The notes beneath the pieces are model-generated. The model saw only the letters and a list, made by a program, of their open reading frames with translations. It had not been told where the DNA came from and did no database searches. From assembly GCF_963921235.1 (NCBI RefSeq), contig NC_086107.1, forward strand, positions 115,818,001 through 115,882,000: a stretch of 64,000 nt of DNA, read 5' to 3'. Numbering within the stretch: position 1 is the first letter of the stretch; the number at the start of each line of letters is the position of its first letter. Below are positions 24,368 to 38,609 of the stretch, piece by piece. The stretch comes from Mobula hypostoma. Taxonomy: Eukaryota. The translations under genes were made by a program, and so were the position numbers.

Positions 24368-26340
24368 TTGGGGCCCCACAGCGGAGGAGGCCGGGGGAAC
24401 GGGGCCCCACAGCGGAGGAGGCCGGGGGAACGGGGCCCCACAGCGGAGGTGGCTGGAGGAACGGGGCCCCACAGCGGAGGTGGCTGGAGGAACCGGGCCC
24501 CACAGCGGAGGTGGCTGGAGGAACGGGGCCCCACAGCGGAGGTGGCTGGAGAAACGGGGCCCAACAGCGGAGGTGGCTGGAGGAACGGGGCCCCACAGCG
24601 GAGGTGGCTGGAGGAACGGGGCCCCACAGCAGAGGTGGCTGGAGGAACGGGGCCCCACAGCAGAGGTGGCTGGAGGAACGGGGCCCCACAGCGGAGGAGG
24701 CCGGGGGAACGGGGCCCCACAGCGGAGGTGGCTGGACGAACGGGGCCCCACAGCGGAGGTGGCTGGAGGAACGGGGCCCCACAGCGGAGGTGGCTGGAGA
24801 AACGGGGCCCAACAGCGGAGGTGGCTGGAGGAACGGGGCCCCACAGCAGAGGTGGCTGGAGGAACGGGGCCCCACAGCAGAGGTGGCTGGAGGAACGGGG
24901 CCCCACAGCGGAGGAGGCCGGGGGAACGGGGCCCCACAGCGGAGGTGGCTGGACGAACGGGGCCCCACAGCGGAGGTGGCTGGAGGAACGGGGCCCCACA
25001 GCGGAGGAGGCCGGGGGAACGGGGCCCCACAGCGGAGGTGGCCGGAGGAACGGGGCCCCACAGCGGAGGAGGCCGGGGGAATGGGGCCCCACAGCGGAGG
25101 TGGCTGGGGGAACGGGGCCCCACAGCAGAGGAGGCTGGAGGAACGGGGCCCCACAGCGGAGGTGGCTGGAGGAATGGGGCCCCACAGCGGAGGGAGCTGG
25201 GGGAATGGGGCCCCACAGCGGAGGTGGCCGGGGGAACGGGGCCCCACAGCGGAGGTGGCTGGAGGAACGGGGCCCCACAGCGGAGGTGGCTGGAGGAACG
25301 GGGCCCCACAGCGGAGGTGGCTGGAGGAACGGGGCCCCACAGCGGAGGTGGCTGGAGGAACGGGGCCCCACAGCAGAGGTGGCTGGAGGAACGGGGCCCC
25401 ACAGCGGAGGAGGCCGGGGGAACGGGGCCCCACAGCGGAGGTGGCTGGAGGAACGGGGCCCCACAGCGGAGGTGGCTGGACGAACGGGGCCCCACAGCGG
25501 AGGTGGCTGGAGGAACGGGGCCCCACAGCGGAGGTGGCCGGAGGAACGGGGCCCCACAGCGGAGGTGGCCGGGGGAACGGGGCCCCACAGCGGAGGAGGC
25601 CGGGGGAATGGGGCCCCACAGCGGAGGTGGCTGGGGGAACGGGGCCCCACAGCAGAGGAGGCTGGAGGAACGGGGCCCCACAGCGGAGGTGGCTGGAGGA
25701 ATGGGGCCCCACAGCGGAGGGAGCTGGGGGAATGGGGCCCCACAGCGGAGGTGGCCGGGGGAATGGGGCCCCACAGCGGAGGTGGCTGGGGGAACGGGGC
25801 CCCACAGCGGAGGAGGCCGGGGGAACGGGGCCCCACAGCGGAGGTGGCTGGAGGAATGGGGCCCCACAGCGGAGGGAGCTGGGGGAATGGGGCCCCACAG
25901 CGGAGGAGGCCTGGGGAATGGGGTCCCAAAGGAGAGAAGGCTGGGGGAACGGGCCCCACAGAGGAGGAGTCTCAGGGAACGGGGCCCCACAGTGGAGGAG
26001 GCTGAAACATGGGTCCAGAGGCATAAGTCATGGTTAAAGAGCACAGAGAATTGGCCCCAGGGTGGAGCTCGTGGAATGTGTCTCACAGCAGAACAGCCCA
26101 GGGAACGGGGCCCCATGGCGGAGGTTCCGGGGAACGGGGCCCCGCAGCAGAGGGTCCGGGGAATGGGGCCCCACGGCGAAGGATCCGGGGAACGGGGCCC
26201 CGCAGCAGAGGGTCCGGGGAATGGGGCCCCACGGCGAAGGATCCGGGGAACGGGGCCCCGCGGCGGAGGGTCTGGGGGAACGGGGCCCACGGCGGAGGGT
26301 CTGGGGGAACGGGGCCCACGGCGGAGGATCGGGGGGAACA
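24368..26340. repeat. 31-bp GC-rich minisatellite (cggggccccacagcggaggtggctggaggaa)n, probably in the SEZ6L2 3' UTR
   Basis: About 52 units at 24368-26000 plus degenerate units at 26100-26340. Confidence 0.97.
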
Positions 26341-26829
26341 GGGCTGCACAGTGAAGGAAGCCAGGAAGTGGGACCCCCATGGTGGAAGAGCTCAGGGAAC
26401 AAGAACCCACCCCTTCCTGTTCACTCCCACCATCCATACTCCAGACCGGGTCTTCAGTTTCTCCAACACGACTCCACTCCTTGTGCTGATCCACTCTGGG
26501 TCATCGGTACTTCCGGAATGAGGGAGAGGGCTGTAGACGGAGGGAGGCAGGTGTGGAAGGAAGGAGTGTAGTGGAGGGGAACAGAGGGAGGGAGGGAGAG
26601 AGAGAGAGAGAGAGAGAGGAGGGGAGGGGAGAAGGGGGGAGGAGGAAGGGGGGAGGAGGAAGGGGGGAGGAGGAAGGGGGGAGGAGGAAGGGGGGAGGAG
26701 GAAGGGGGGAGGAGGAAGGGGGGAGGAGGAAGGGGGGATAGAGTGGGGGCCAGACTGAGCAGGCAGTGAGACGAGGCCCAGAGAGACGATGGTGATTCAC
26801 GTTGATGACGCAGCAAATGAGGCGATGGG

Positions 26830-26859
26830 TTAGATCGAAACCTCATACTCACGGGTCTC
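26830..26859 (-). CDS. SEZ6L2: SEZ6L2-like exon 18, coding part (ETREYEVSI*)
   Basis: ctccag acceptor; matches SEZ6-family C-terminus DTREYEVSI; TAA at 26830-26832. Confidence 0.95.
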   Translation of the reverse strand, partial: ETREYEVSI

Positions 26860-26904
26860 CTGGAGGTGGAGAAAGAGTGACTGTGAGAGGGTGTGGTAGG
26901 AGCT

Positions 26905-28327
<1,423 letters not shown>

Positions 28328-28533
28328 CTACTTGCCCCTTCTTCTTGGCTCCTCCTTCCTTTGCACAGATCCCTTATCCCTCTCACTAACCTGCAGACAC
28401 ACACAAGCCCCTTATTCCCCTAGCCCCTCCCACATGTCCCTCCCCCACAACCAAGCACTCCCTCTCCTTTAGACCCCCAACACACTCCTCCCCCCACCAG
28501 ATATTGTGACACCAACCCCCCCTCCAAACTCAC

Positions 28534-28651
28534 CTGGTGTAGTAGAGGTAGATCCCACCAATCAGGAGGATGACCAGGATGATTGGCAGGATGATGGCCA
28601 GCACAATGTGTCCACCCACCACCTGGTGGGCGGGGCCACTCGCCTTAGACA
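28534..28651 (-). CDS. SEZ6L2: SEZ6L2-like exon 16 (transmembrane helix)
   Basis: GGHIVLAIILPIILVILLIGGIYLYYTR; phase 1-2. Confidence 0.94.
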
Positions 28652-28791
28652 CTGTATGGGGAAAGAGGGGAGGGGGTGATTGGGGAAGGGAGACACAACC
28701 ACAATGTGAGAATAAGTGGCTCCCACATTCCCTGTGACCCTCAACTCCCACAACCTTCCACGAGTGCAACATACCTCCTTCCAGCACTCAC

Positions 28792-28830
28792 CTTGCAGGT
28801 TATGGGCATCATACAATCCTTCGTAGGTGA
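28792..28830 (-). CDS. SEZ6L2: SEZ6L2-like exon 15 (39-nt symmetric mini-exon, VTYEGLYDAHNLQ)
   Basis: ttccag/gtgagt bounded, phase 1-1; resembles the VAYEELLDNRKLE cassette of mammalian SEZ6L2. Confidence 0.8.
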
Positions 28831-28849
28831 CTGGAAGAGAAGGAGCGTG

Positions 28850-29105
28850 TTAGTCCATGCACACAGCATCCCACTCCCTGTCTACAAAACTCTTCCCACT
28901 TCCCTGGCCGAGGTTAGTCTGTGCACACAGCATCCGACACATTACCCATTCCCTGTCTACAAAACACTCCTCACTCCCCTGGCCATGGTTGGTCTATGCA
29001 CATAGCATTTAACACATTACCCATTCCCTGTCTACAAAACTCTCCCCACTTCCCTGGCTGGGGTTAGTCTGTGCACACAGCATCTGACACATTACCCATT
29101 CCCCT
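28850..29105. repeat. ~73-bp tandem repeat related to the 90-bp repeat
   Basis: gttagtctgtgcacacagcatc...attacccattccctgtctaca units. Confidence 0.8.
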
Positions 29106-29129
29106 ATTTAAATAGAATTTTCAGATTTA

Positions 29130-32030
29130 CTCAGCACGGAAACTGGTTCTTCGGCCTCCCTAGCCTACGCCAAGCGCATTTCTATCAAAGTCAGTCCTGT
29201 CTGCCCATGTTTGGCACGTATCTCACTAAACCCTTCTTATGCATATACCTGTCCCAGTGTCTTCTAAATGTTGTTAACGTACCTGCACCTGCCTCAGCCA
29301 CTTCCTGTGGCAGCTCGTTCCATTTACCCCCGGGTGAAAAGTTGCCCTTCGAGTCCCTGTTAAAGCTCTCCCCTATCACCTTAAACCTGTGCTCCCTGCA
29401 TCTTGATTCCCCAACCCTGGGGAAATATTTACCCCATCTGTGTCACTGTAAGGCCAGCACAGAAACAGACCATTCATCCCATTGTCTGCTTCGCTATTTC
29501 ATCATGGCTCCTCTCAACAGCATTCTCCTGCCTTCTCCCTGTAATGTCACTAGAGAACAACATCGCCAGTTATTTCACTTTTTCAACACTTCTGCTTGTT
29601 GTTTTGGTCATGATTGTGTTTTGGGAACTGTTGGAGCCTGTGACGTACAGTTTGGAGTTCAGTCGAATGATCTGGTGCTCTGCTGTCCCTGGAGAGAGAT
29701 GAGAACACGGGCTGCCTTGTGGAGAAGAGCAGAGACGGGGTCCCGGAAAGGAACGCGAGCACGAACTGCTTAATGAAGAAGAGCAGAGATGGGGCACGGG
29801 GCCACGACTGACTCCATTTTAAACATCAAGGCAAATGCGGAGGAGGTCCGTTGTCGCTCTCCACGGAAGCCACAGGTCAACGGCGGTTAGTAGTGGGTTG
29901 GCAGTGTTCGGAAAGCCGCAGGTCAGTGGAGAGGCCGTTGCTTTCCATGGAAAGACTGAGTTTAAACGGCCACTCTCCGCGATCCTGAATGGATGAAGGA
30001 TGTTTCCGAAATTCTGAGATTTTTGTGAGTATTGGACTGTAGTTTCTTTCTTGTTGCCATTGTCGGGTTGAGGTTCCAGGTGGTTGGTTTGTTAGTTTTT
30101 GTGTGAGGGAGGGGCTGGGAATTTGGGATCTGATATTCTTGTTTTTTTCTGTGTGGGCGATCTGTTAGGTCGGAGAGGGGGTTGGGGGTTTTGGGGCCTT
30201 TGGTGCTGTTCTTTTTGGCTAGGGAGGGTTTGGGGGTTTGATGTTACTAACACTGTTCTCTTCTGCGAGGGAGGGGGTTTGGGGTTGGTGAGTTTTGTTT
30301 CTTTTTTCTTTTTGTGCAGGAACAGGGTGCTATCTTTTCTTTTAACAACTCCCATGGATTTTCTGTATTCCATGGCTATCTGGAGAAGATGAATATCAGA
30401 GTTGTGTTGTGCATGCATACTCTGGTAACAAAATGAACCTTTGAACCTTTAATCTTTGACGCCCTTAATAATCAAAATCCTCAACGTACCCAATGACATG
30501 GCCTCCACAGCCATCTATGGAAACAAATTCCATAGATTCACTATAGGTGAAGAAATTCCTCCTCATCTCGATTTTAAATGGACGTCCCTCTAAAGGTACT
30601 GTGCCCTCTGGTCCTGGACCCTGCCCTCCCCACATCCACTCTACCCAGGCTTTTCAATATTTCACAGGTTTCAAAGAGATTCCCCCTTCCTCCCCCTCCA
30701 GTAAGTGCAGACCCAGAGCCTCATACTTTAACCCTTTCACCCCCTGAATCACTCTCAAGAACCACCTCTGGACTCTCTCCAAAGCCAGCACATCTTTCCT
30801 TACACAAGGGGCCCGAAACTGTTCTCTGTACTCCAAGTGCGGTCTGACCAATGCCTTGCAAACCCTCGGCATTACATCTTTGCTTTTATTTTCTAGACCT
30901 CTCGAAATGAATGCAAACATTGCTTTTGCCTTCCACACTACAGGCTCAACCTGCACGTTAACCTTTAGGGAATCCCGCACATGGATTCCCAAGTCTCTCA
31001 GATGTCTGGAATTTTCTCTTCATTTATAAAATAGTCTGTGCCTTTATTCCTCCTACCAAAGTGCGTGACCACACACTTCCCTTCGCTGTATTCCATCTGT
31101 CATTTCTTTGTCCATTTTCCTAATCTATCTGTCCTTCTGCTGGCTCCCTGCTTCTTCAACCCTACCTGTCCCCTCACTTATCTTTGTACCATCTGCAAAG
31201 TTGGCCACGGAACCATTAATTCCATCACCAAATCGTTGACATTCAGTGTGAGATAAAAAGAAGTGGACCCAGAACAAACCCCTGTGGAACACCACTAGTC
31301 ACTGGCAGCCAACCAGAAGAGGTTCCCTTTATTCCCACTCTGCCTCCTGCCAGTCAGTCAATCTGCTGTTCATGCTAATATCTTTCCTATACCATGGGCT
31401 CTTCGAAAGCAACTTCATGTGGGAAACCGTGTCAAAGGCCCCCTGAAAATCCAGCACTATCTATCCTGCCTCTTATTTCTCTATAGAATTCCAACAGATT
31501 TGTCAACCAGGATTTCTCCTTAAGGAAACCATGCTGACTTTAGCCGATTTTACCATGTGCCTCCAACTACCCCAAAATCACACCTTTAGCAATTGACTCC
31601 AACACCTTCCCAACCACTGAATTCAGGCTAACTTGCCTATAATTTCCTTTCTTCTGCCACCCTCCCTTCTTAAAGAGTGGAGTGGCATTTGCAATTCTCC
31701 AGTCCTCAGGAACCATTCCAGAATCTAGTGATTCTTCAAAGATCATTATAATGCCTCCGACACCCTCTTTCGAAACTCTGGTGTGGTCCAGGTCTGATCT
31801 ACCTTAAGACTTTTGTTTCCAAAGAACCTTCCCTCTAGTTATGGTAACTTCATGCACCTCATGACCCCTGACTCCTGGAAATTTCAGTACACTGCTAGTG
31901 TCTTCCAAGGTAAAGACTGTTACAAAATACTTATTCAGTTTGTCTGCCATTTCCTCGTCCCCCATTACTAATTCTCCAATGTCAATATCCACTGGTCTGA
32001 TATCCACTCTCACCTCTTTTTTACTCTTTA
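29130..32030 (-). mobile_element. Cluster of degraded CR1 fragments with an unclassified plus-strand non-coding insertion (~29542-30450, tail gaacctttgaaccttt)
   Basis: KALVRPHLEYREQF, EMADKLNKYFVTVFTLED; CR1 3' UTR split by the insertion. Confidence 0.75.
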
Positions 32031-32235
32031 TAGTAAAGTCAGTCTCCTGCACTCCAAGGAGTAAAGGCCCAATCTGCCAAAATCAGGCAGGTCACCTTGG
32101 CACAGGGGAGGGCAACAGGCTAATTCCAATCTAGAACACTGTTTGCTGTTCAATGGAAGAGCCCAAGTGATACGTCCCCGAGAGGTTTCCCGGTGAACGG
32201 GCTGGCGTTGGCTGTTGGTTGTCCACAAGTGGTTA

Positions 32236-32979
<744 letters not shown>

Positions 32980-33122
32980 TCACCCCACCCCAGCCCACCA
33001 CCCCCCAGCATTCACACCCTTGCCCCAGCCCCACCTCTCCTCACCCTCCATCCACTCCTCGACCCCTGACCTCTTCCCTCCACCCCACCCCCCCCGCTCA
33101 CCCACCCATCCCCGGTACGTAC

Positions 33123-33314
33123 AGACACACGTGGGCGGGGGCGCGCTCCATTTGGGACGCAGGGCATTGCGGCCGAGGCAGGTGAGGGTGGCGCTGCCCT
33201 CCATCGAGTGACCCTCCTCACAGGCATACTGTACACGCGAGCCCACCGGGAAACGCAAACCCGGGGTGAGGCGCAGTCCGTGGGGAACGTCCCCGGGATC
33301 TGGGCAGGACAGCA
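33123..33314 (-). CDS. SEZ6L2: SEZ6L2-like exon 13 (sushi 4)
   Basis: SCPDPGDVPHG...FPVGSRVQYACEEG...LTC...PKWS..PPTCV; 192 nt. Confidence 0.94.
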
Positions 33315-33402
33315 CTGGGGGGGAGAGAAACTCAGTTATACATGGAGGTTATATGCAGAGAGCAGGTACACGCCTGGGGAACATACACACTCAGGTAACA
33401 TA

Positions 33403-34495
<1,093 letters not shown>

Positions 34496-34659
34496 TTAAC
34501 GATGAGCTGGGATTCACTTGTGTTGACCCTTCCCCACCTCAGCCTGATGACCTCTGACCCACCGACCCTCCCTCCCACCTTCCTTCCCCCAAACCGCCCT
34601 GCTCCACACAAGGTAAAACCTCTAGTCTCCCCCAGGGCCCACTGCCTTCCATCCTCTCC

Positions 34660-35085
34660 CACCCCCTTCCCATCTCCCCATTCACCCCTCCTCCTCCCCA
34701 TCTGCCCTCCCCCTCCCCATCCGCCCTCTCCCCTCCCCATTCACCCCTCCCCTCCCCCTCCCCATCCGCCCTCTCCCCTCCCCATTCACCCCTCCCCCTC
34801 CCCATCCGCCCTCTCCGCTCCCCATTCACCCCTCCCCCTCCCCATCTGCCCTCCCCCTCCCCATCCGCTCTCTCCTCATCCACACTCTCCCCTCCCCATC
34901 GGCCCCCTCCCCTCCCCATTCACCCCTCCCCCTCCGCCCTCTCCCCTCCCCATTCACCCCTCCTCCTCCCCATCTGCCCTCCCCCTCCCCATCCGCCCTC
35001 TCCCCTCCCCATTCACCCCTCCCCTCCCCCTCCCCATCCGCCCTCTCCCCTCCCCATTCACCCCTCCCCCTCCCCTCGCTGCCCC
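34660..35085. repeat. C-rich minisatellite (ccccatccgccctctcccctccccattcacccct)
   Basis: Imperfect tandem units abutting the exon 11 donor. Confidence 0.85.
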
Positions 35086-35092
35086 CACCCAC

Positions 35093-35289
35093 CAGCGAAG
35101 TGGATGATGAAGCCCTGGGTCTCCCCAAGGGCCGGCTGCCGGCTGTCAGACTGGAACTGGATGGTGGCGTGGCAGGAGGTGCTGAACAGCTTGAAGCGCT
35201 GCCTCTGCCCCAGGTACTGGCCCAGCACCCGCGAGTTCAGGTCCGGCCCGTCAAACACCGACAGGATGTCGTTCCGTCGGATGTTCAGG
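35093..35289 (-). CDS. SEZ6L2: SEZ6L2-like exon 11 (CUB3, C-half)
   Basis: LNIRRNDILSVFDGPDLNSRVLGQYLG...IQFQSD...QGFIIHF; phase 2-1. Confidence 0.94.
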
Positions 35290-35804
35290 CTGCAGGGCCC
35301 AGCAGGAGCCGTCAGAGGGAGGGGGAGATGAGGGATGGAAAAGAGAGAGAGAAAGAGATGAGAGAGGGGACAAGGGGAGAGGGGGAATGAAGAGAGGAAA
35401 TAAGGAAGGGAAAGAAGAAGGGGTAGCAAGGGGTTCGGGGGTGAGGGAGGGAAAGGGATGGGGTAGGGGAGTGAGAGAGGGAGGGGGAGGGGGTGGGGGA
35501 GTGAGAGAGGGAGGGTAGGGAAGTGAGAGAGGGAGGGGGAGGGTGTAGGGGAGGGGATGAGGGACGGGGAGGGAGAGAAGGGGAGACTATGGGGGAAAGG
35601 TGGGTAGAAGCAGGGGTGTTGGGTCGTGGTGAGATTCGTCGACATCTCCACATCGATGACCATTCACCGGCGAGGGAGAGAGAGGGTGAGGGATGGACAG
35701 AGGGAGGGAGGGATGGATCGAGGGAGGGGGGATGGTCCTAGGGTGAAAGAGACACGGAGAGGGATGGCGACAGAGTTAGAGAGGAAGGAAAGAGGTCCAC
35801 CTAC

Positions 35805-35943
35805 ATCTCCACGTCGATGACCATCCGCCGGTCCTCTCGGACGTGCAAGGTCCACACACAGTCCTGGTTCCTGCCATAAACCTCGGGCCATTCTGGTGAG
35901 AAGATCACTCCAGATACCTCGGACATGTCCCCTCCGCAGGTGG
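35805..35943 (-). CDS. SEZ6L2: SEZ6L2-like exon 10 (CUB3, N-half)
   Basis: ATCGGDMSEVSGVIFSPEWPEVYGRNQDCVWTLHVREDRRMVIDVEI; phase 1-2. Confidence 0.93.
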
Positions 35944-35964
35944 CTGTGTGCAAGGAGCAGAGTC

Positions 35965-36405
35965 ATACAGATATGATAAATGGGAGGAGGAGTTGGCCGT
36001 TCGGGCCCTCAAGCCTGCCCCACCTTTTAATAAGATGACGGCTGATCTGCCTGTGTACTCAGCTTGCTATGCAAAAACCTATCTAACTGTGTCTTAAACA
36101 ATGCATATTGAATGAGGTACATCCATTGCTTCCCTGGGCAGAGGATTCCAGAGATTCACTGCTCTCTGGGAAAAGAGTTTCTCTTCATCTCCGTCCTATT
36201 CCCCTGAATCTTGAGACTGTGTCCCCTCGTTCTAGTCTCACCTACCAGTGAAACAACTTTCCTGCCTTTATCATCTATCCCTTGCAGAATTTTATATGTT
36301 TCTAGAAGATCCCTCTCATTCTTCTGAATTCCAGTCAGTACAGTCCCAGGTGACTCAGTCTCCTGGACCGGCCTGGTAAACCTCCTCTGCAGCATCTCCA
36401 AAGCC
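35965..36405 (-). mobile_element. CR1 3' fragment
   Basis: LQRRFTR, DLLETYKILQG, RTRGHSLKIQG. Confidence 0.85.
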
Positions 36406-36409
36406 GGTT

Positions 36410-36925
36410 CACACTCCGTTTGTTAGGTTCGCCCGTACACCAGCTCGCAATGCTAACATCTGATCAGCCAATCATGTGGCAGCAACTCAATGCATAAAAG
36501 CACACAGACATGGTCAAGAGGTTCATTGGCTGTTCAGACCAGACATCAGAATGGGGAAGAAATGTGATCTAAGTGACTGTGACCGTGGAATAATTGTTGG
36601 TGTCAGATAGGGTGTGGTTTGAGTATCTCAGAAACTGCTGATCTCCTGGGATTTCCGCGCACAACAGTCTCTAGAGTTTACAGAGGATGGTGCGAGAAAC
36701 AAAAAAACATCCAGTGAGCCGTAGCACTGAGGGTGAAACAGAGGTCAGAGGAGAAAGGCCAGACTGGTTCAAGCTGACAGTAACTCAAATCACCACACGT
36801 TACAACAGTGGTGTGCAGAAGAGCGTCTCTGAACACACAACATGTCGAACCTTGAAGTGGACGGGTCACAGCAGCAGAAGACCACGGACATACACTTAGT
36901 GGCCACTTTATTAGGTGCCTGATAC
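36410..36925 (+). mobile_element. Non-autonomous Tc1-like DNA transposon remnant (N-terminal DNA-binding region)
   Basis: MGKKCDLSDCDRGIIVG...SISETADLLGF.RTTVSRVY and ITTRYNSGVQKSVSEHTTCRTLK resemble Tc1 transposase HTH regions; terminal motif tacacttagtggccactttattaggt. Confidence 0.8.
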
Positions 36926-37014
36926 TCATAAACTGGTTTACCAGGTGAATCTCTCAGACAGACCCTCACCCAGCCCGTTCAATGCTCTACGAGAACAAGG
37001 GCTGCTCCACAGCC

Positions 37015-38020
37015 CAATGGGAAAGTTATTGGAAGGTATCCTAGGGGACTCGATATATACAGTACTATACTTGGATGGATAGGGACTGATTAGAGATCAT
37101 CAGCATTTCTTAGTGCATGGTAGGTCATGACTAATTTACCTTAGAGTTTTTTGAGGAAGTTACTAGGAAAGTGGATGAAGGCAAGGCAGTAGATGTTGTC
37201 TAAATGGACTTTAGCAAGGCCTTTGGCAAAGGTTGGTCAAGAAAGTTCAGTAACTTGGCATTTAAGATGAGGTGGTAAATTGGAATAGACAGTGGTTTTG
37301 CAGAATAAGACAGAGAATGGCTGTAGGTGGTTGCCTCTCTGGAGGCCTGTGACTAGCGGCGTATCGCAGGGACTGGTGCTGGGTCCGTTGTTGTTTGTCT
37401 CTATAACAACGATCTGGATGATCATGTGGTAAATTGGATCAGCACATTTGTGGATGACACCAAGATTGGGGGTGTAGTGGGCAGCAAGGAAAACTTTTGG
37501 AGTTTGCAGTGGGATCTGGACCAACTGGGAAAATGGGCTGAAAGATGGCAGATGGAAATTAATGCAACAAACGTGAGGTGTTGTTCTTCAGTAAGACCAA
37601 CCAGGACAGGTCTTACACAGTGAACGGTAGTCTCAACCCAAGTCAGTATCTTGTCAATGTCCCATTGTAACCCCACAACAACTTTCTACAGTGTACTATC
37701 CACAACATCACCAACTGTCATCTACGTCTGCACATGAGACATCTGCTTATTTTATGGATAAATCTTTTACACTTTATGTAGAATGCCTTCTGGAAACTGA
37801 AGCATACAACATCCACATGTTCCACTCCATTCACTGCACTCAGAGACCTGCAGCAAGATGTCAAACAGGGCCAGCCCTTTCTCAATCTACGCTGTGTCTG
37901 CCTGATTAACCACTTCGATCCAGACATCTCACTATTTGGTCCGGAATGATAGTTTTCAGCAATTTCATAACCACAGACTGACTGGCCTAGTGATCTGTCT
38001 TTTGCCGACAACCTTTTTTA
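37015..38020. mobile_element. Degraded CR1 RT fragments (plus 37015-37630, minus 37640-38020)
   Basis: DFSKAF, GVSQGLVLGPLLF, FVDDTKIGG. Confidence 0.8.
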
Positions 38021-38361
38021 AACACTAGCTTCCAACCCCTCGGGATCTGCCCAGAGGAGAAGAGGAGGGTGACAGAGACGAGGAGGGGTGTAGGTGAGGG
38101 AGGGGTGTAGGGGAGGGAGGGGTGTAGGTGAGGGAGAGGTGTAGGTGAGGGAGGGGTGTAGGTGAGGGAGAGGTGTTGGGGAGGGAGGGGTGTAGGGGAG
38201 GGAAGGGTGTAGGTGAGGGAGAGGTGTTGTGGAGGGAGGGGTGTAGGTGAGGGAGGGGTGTAGGGGAGGATAGGTGTAACACAGATGGTGAAGGGTTTAG
38301 GGGAGGTAGGAGTTCACAGAAATGGTGTGGGGGGTGTTCATTGACACAGGGAAGCAGGTAC

Positions 38362-38556
38362 CTCGACAGATGGGCTCACTGCTGTTCCAGTGGGGGTCCT
38401 GGGGGTCAATACACTCGATGGCCCCTGCCCCCTGCTCCAGGGCGTAACCAGGGAGGCAAGAGAAGGTGACGATAGAGCCCACCTCGAACAAAGGGATGTT
38501 GGAGGTGAAGTTCCCATGGGCAACAAACGGTTCATAGCAGTGGTCTCGCTCAAAGG
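38362..38556 (-). CDS. SEZ6L2: SEZ6L2-like exon 9 (sushi 2)
   Basis: AFERDHCYEPFVAHGNFT...FSCLPGYALEQG...IECIDPQDPHWNSSEPICR; 195 nt. Confidence 0.94.
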
Positions 38557-38609
38557 CTGGAGGGGAAAAGAAAGGCTGGGGTTGTTACAGAATTTTCCTG
38601 GAACACTGG

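Noticed and set aside
24136..26494. 500-700-aa ORFs in all six frames
   Set aside because: A stop-free 31-bp unit opens every frame; artefact of the minisatellite.
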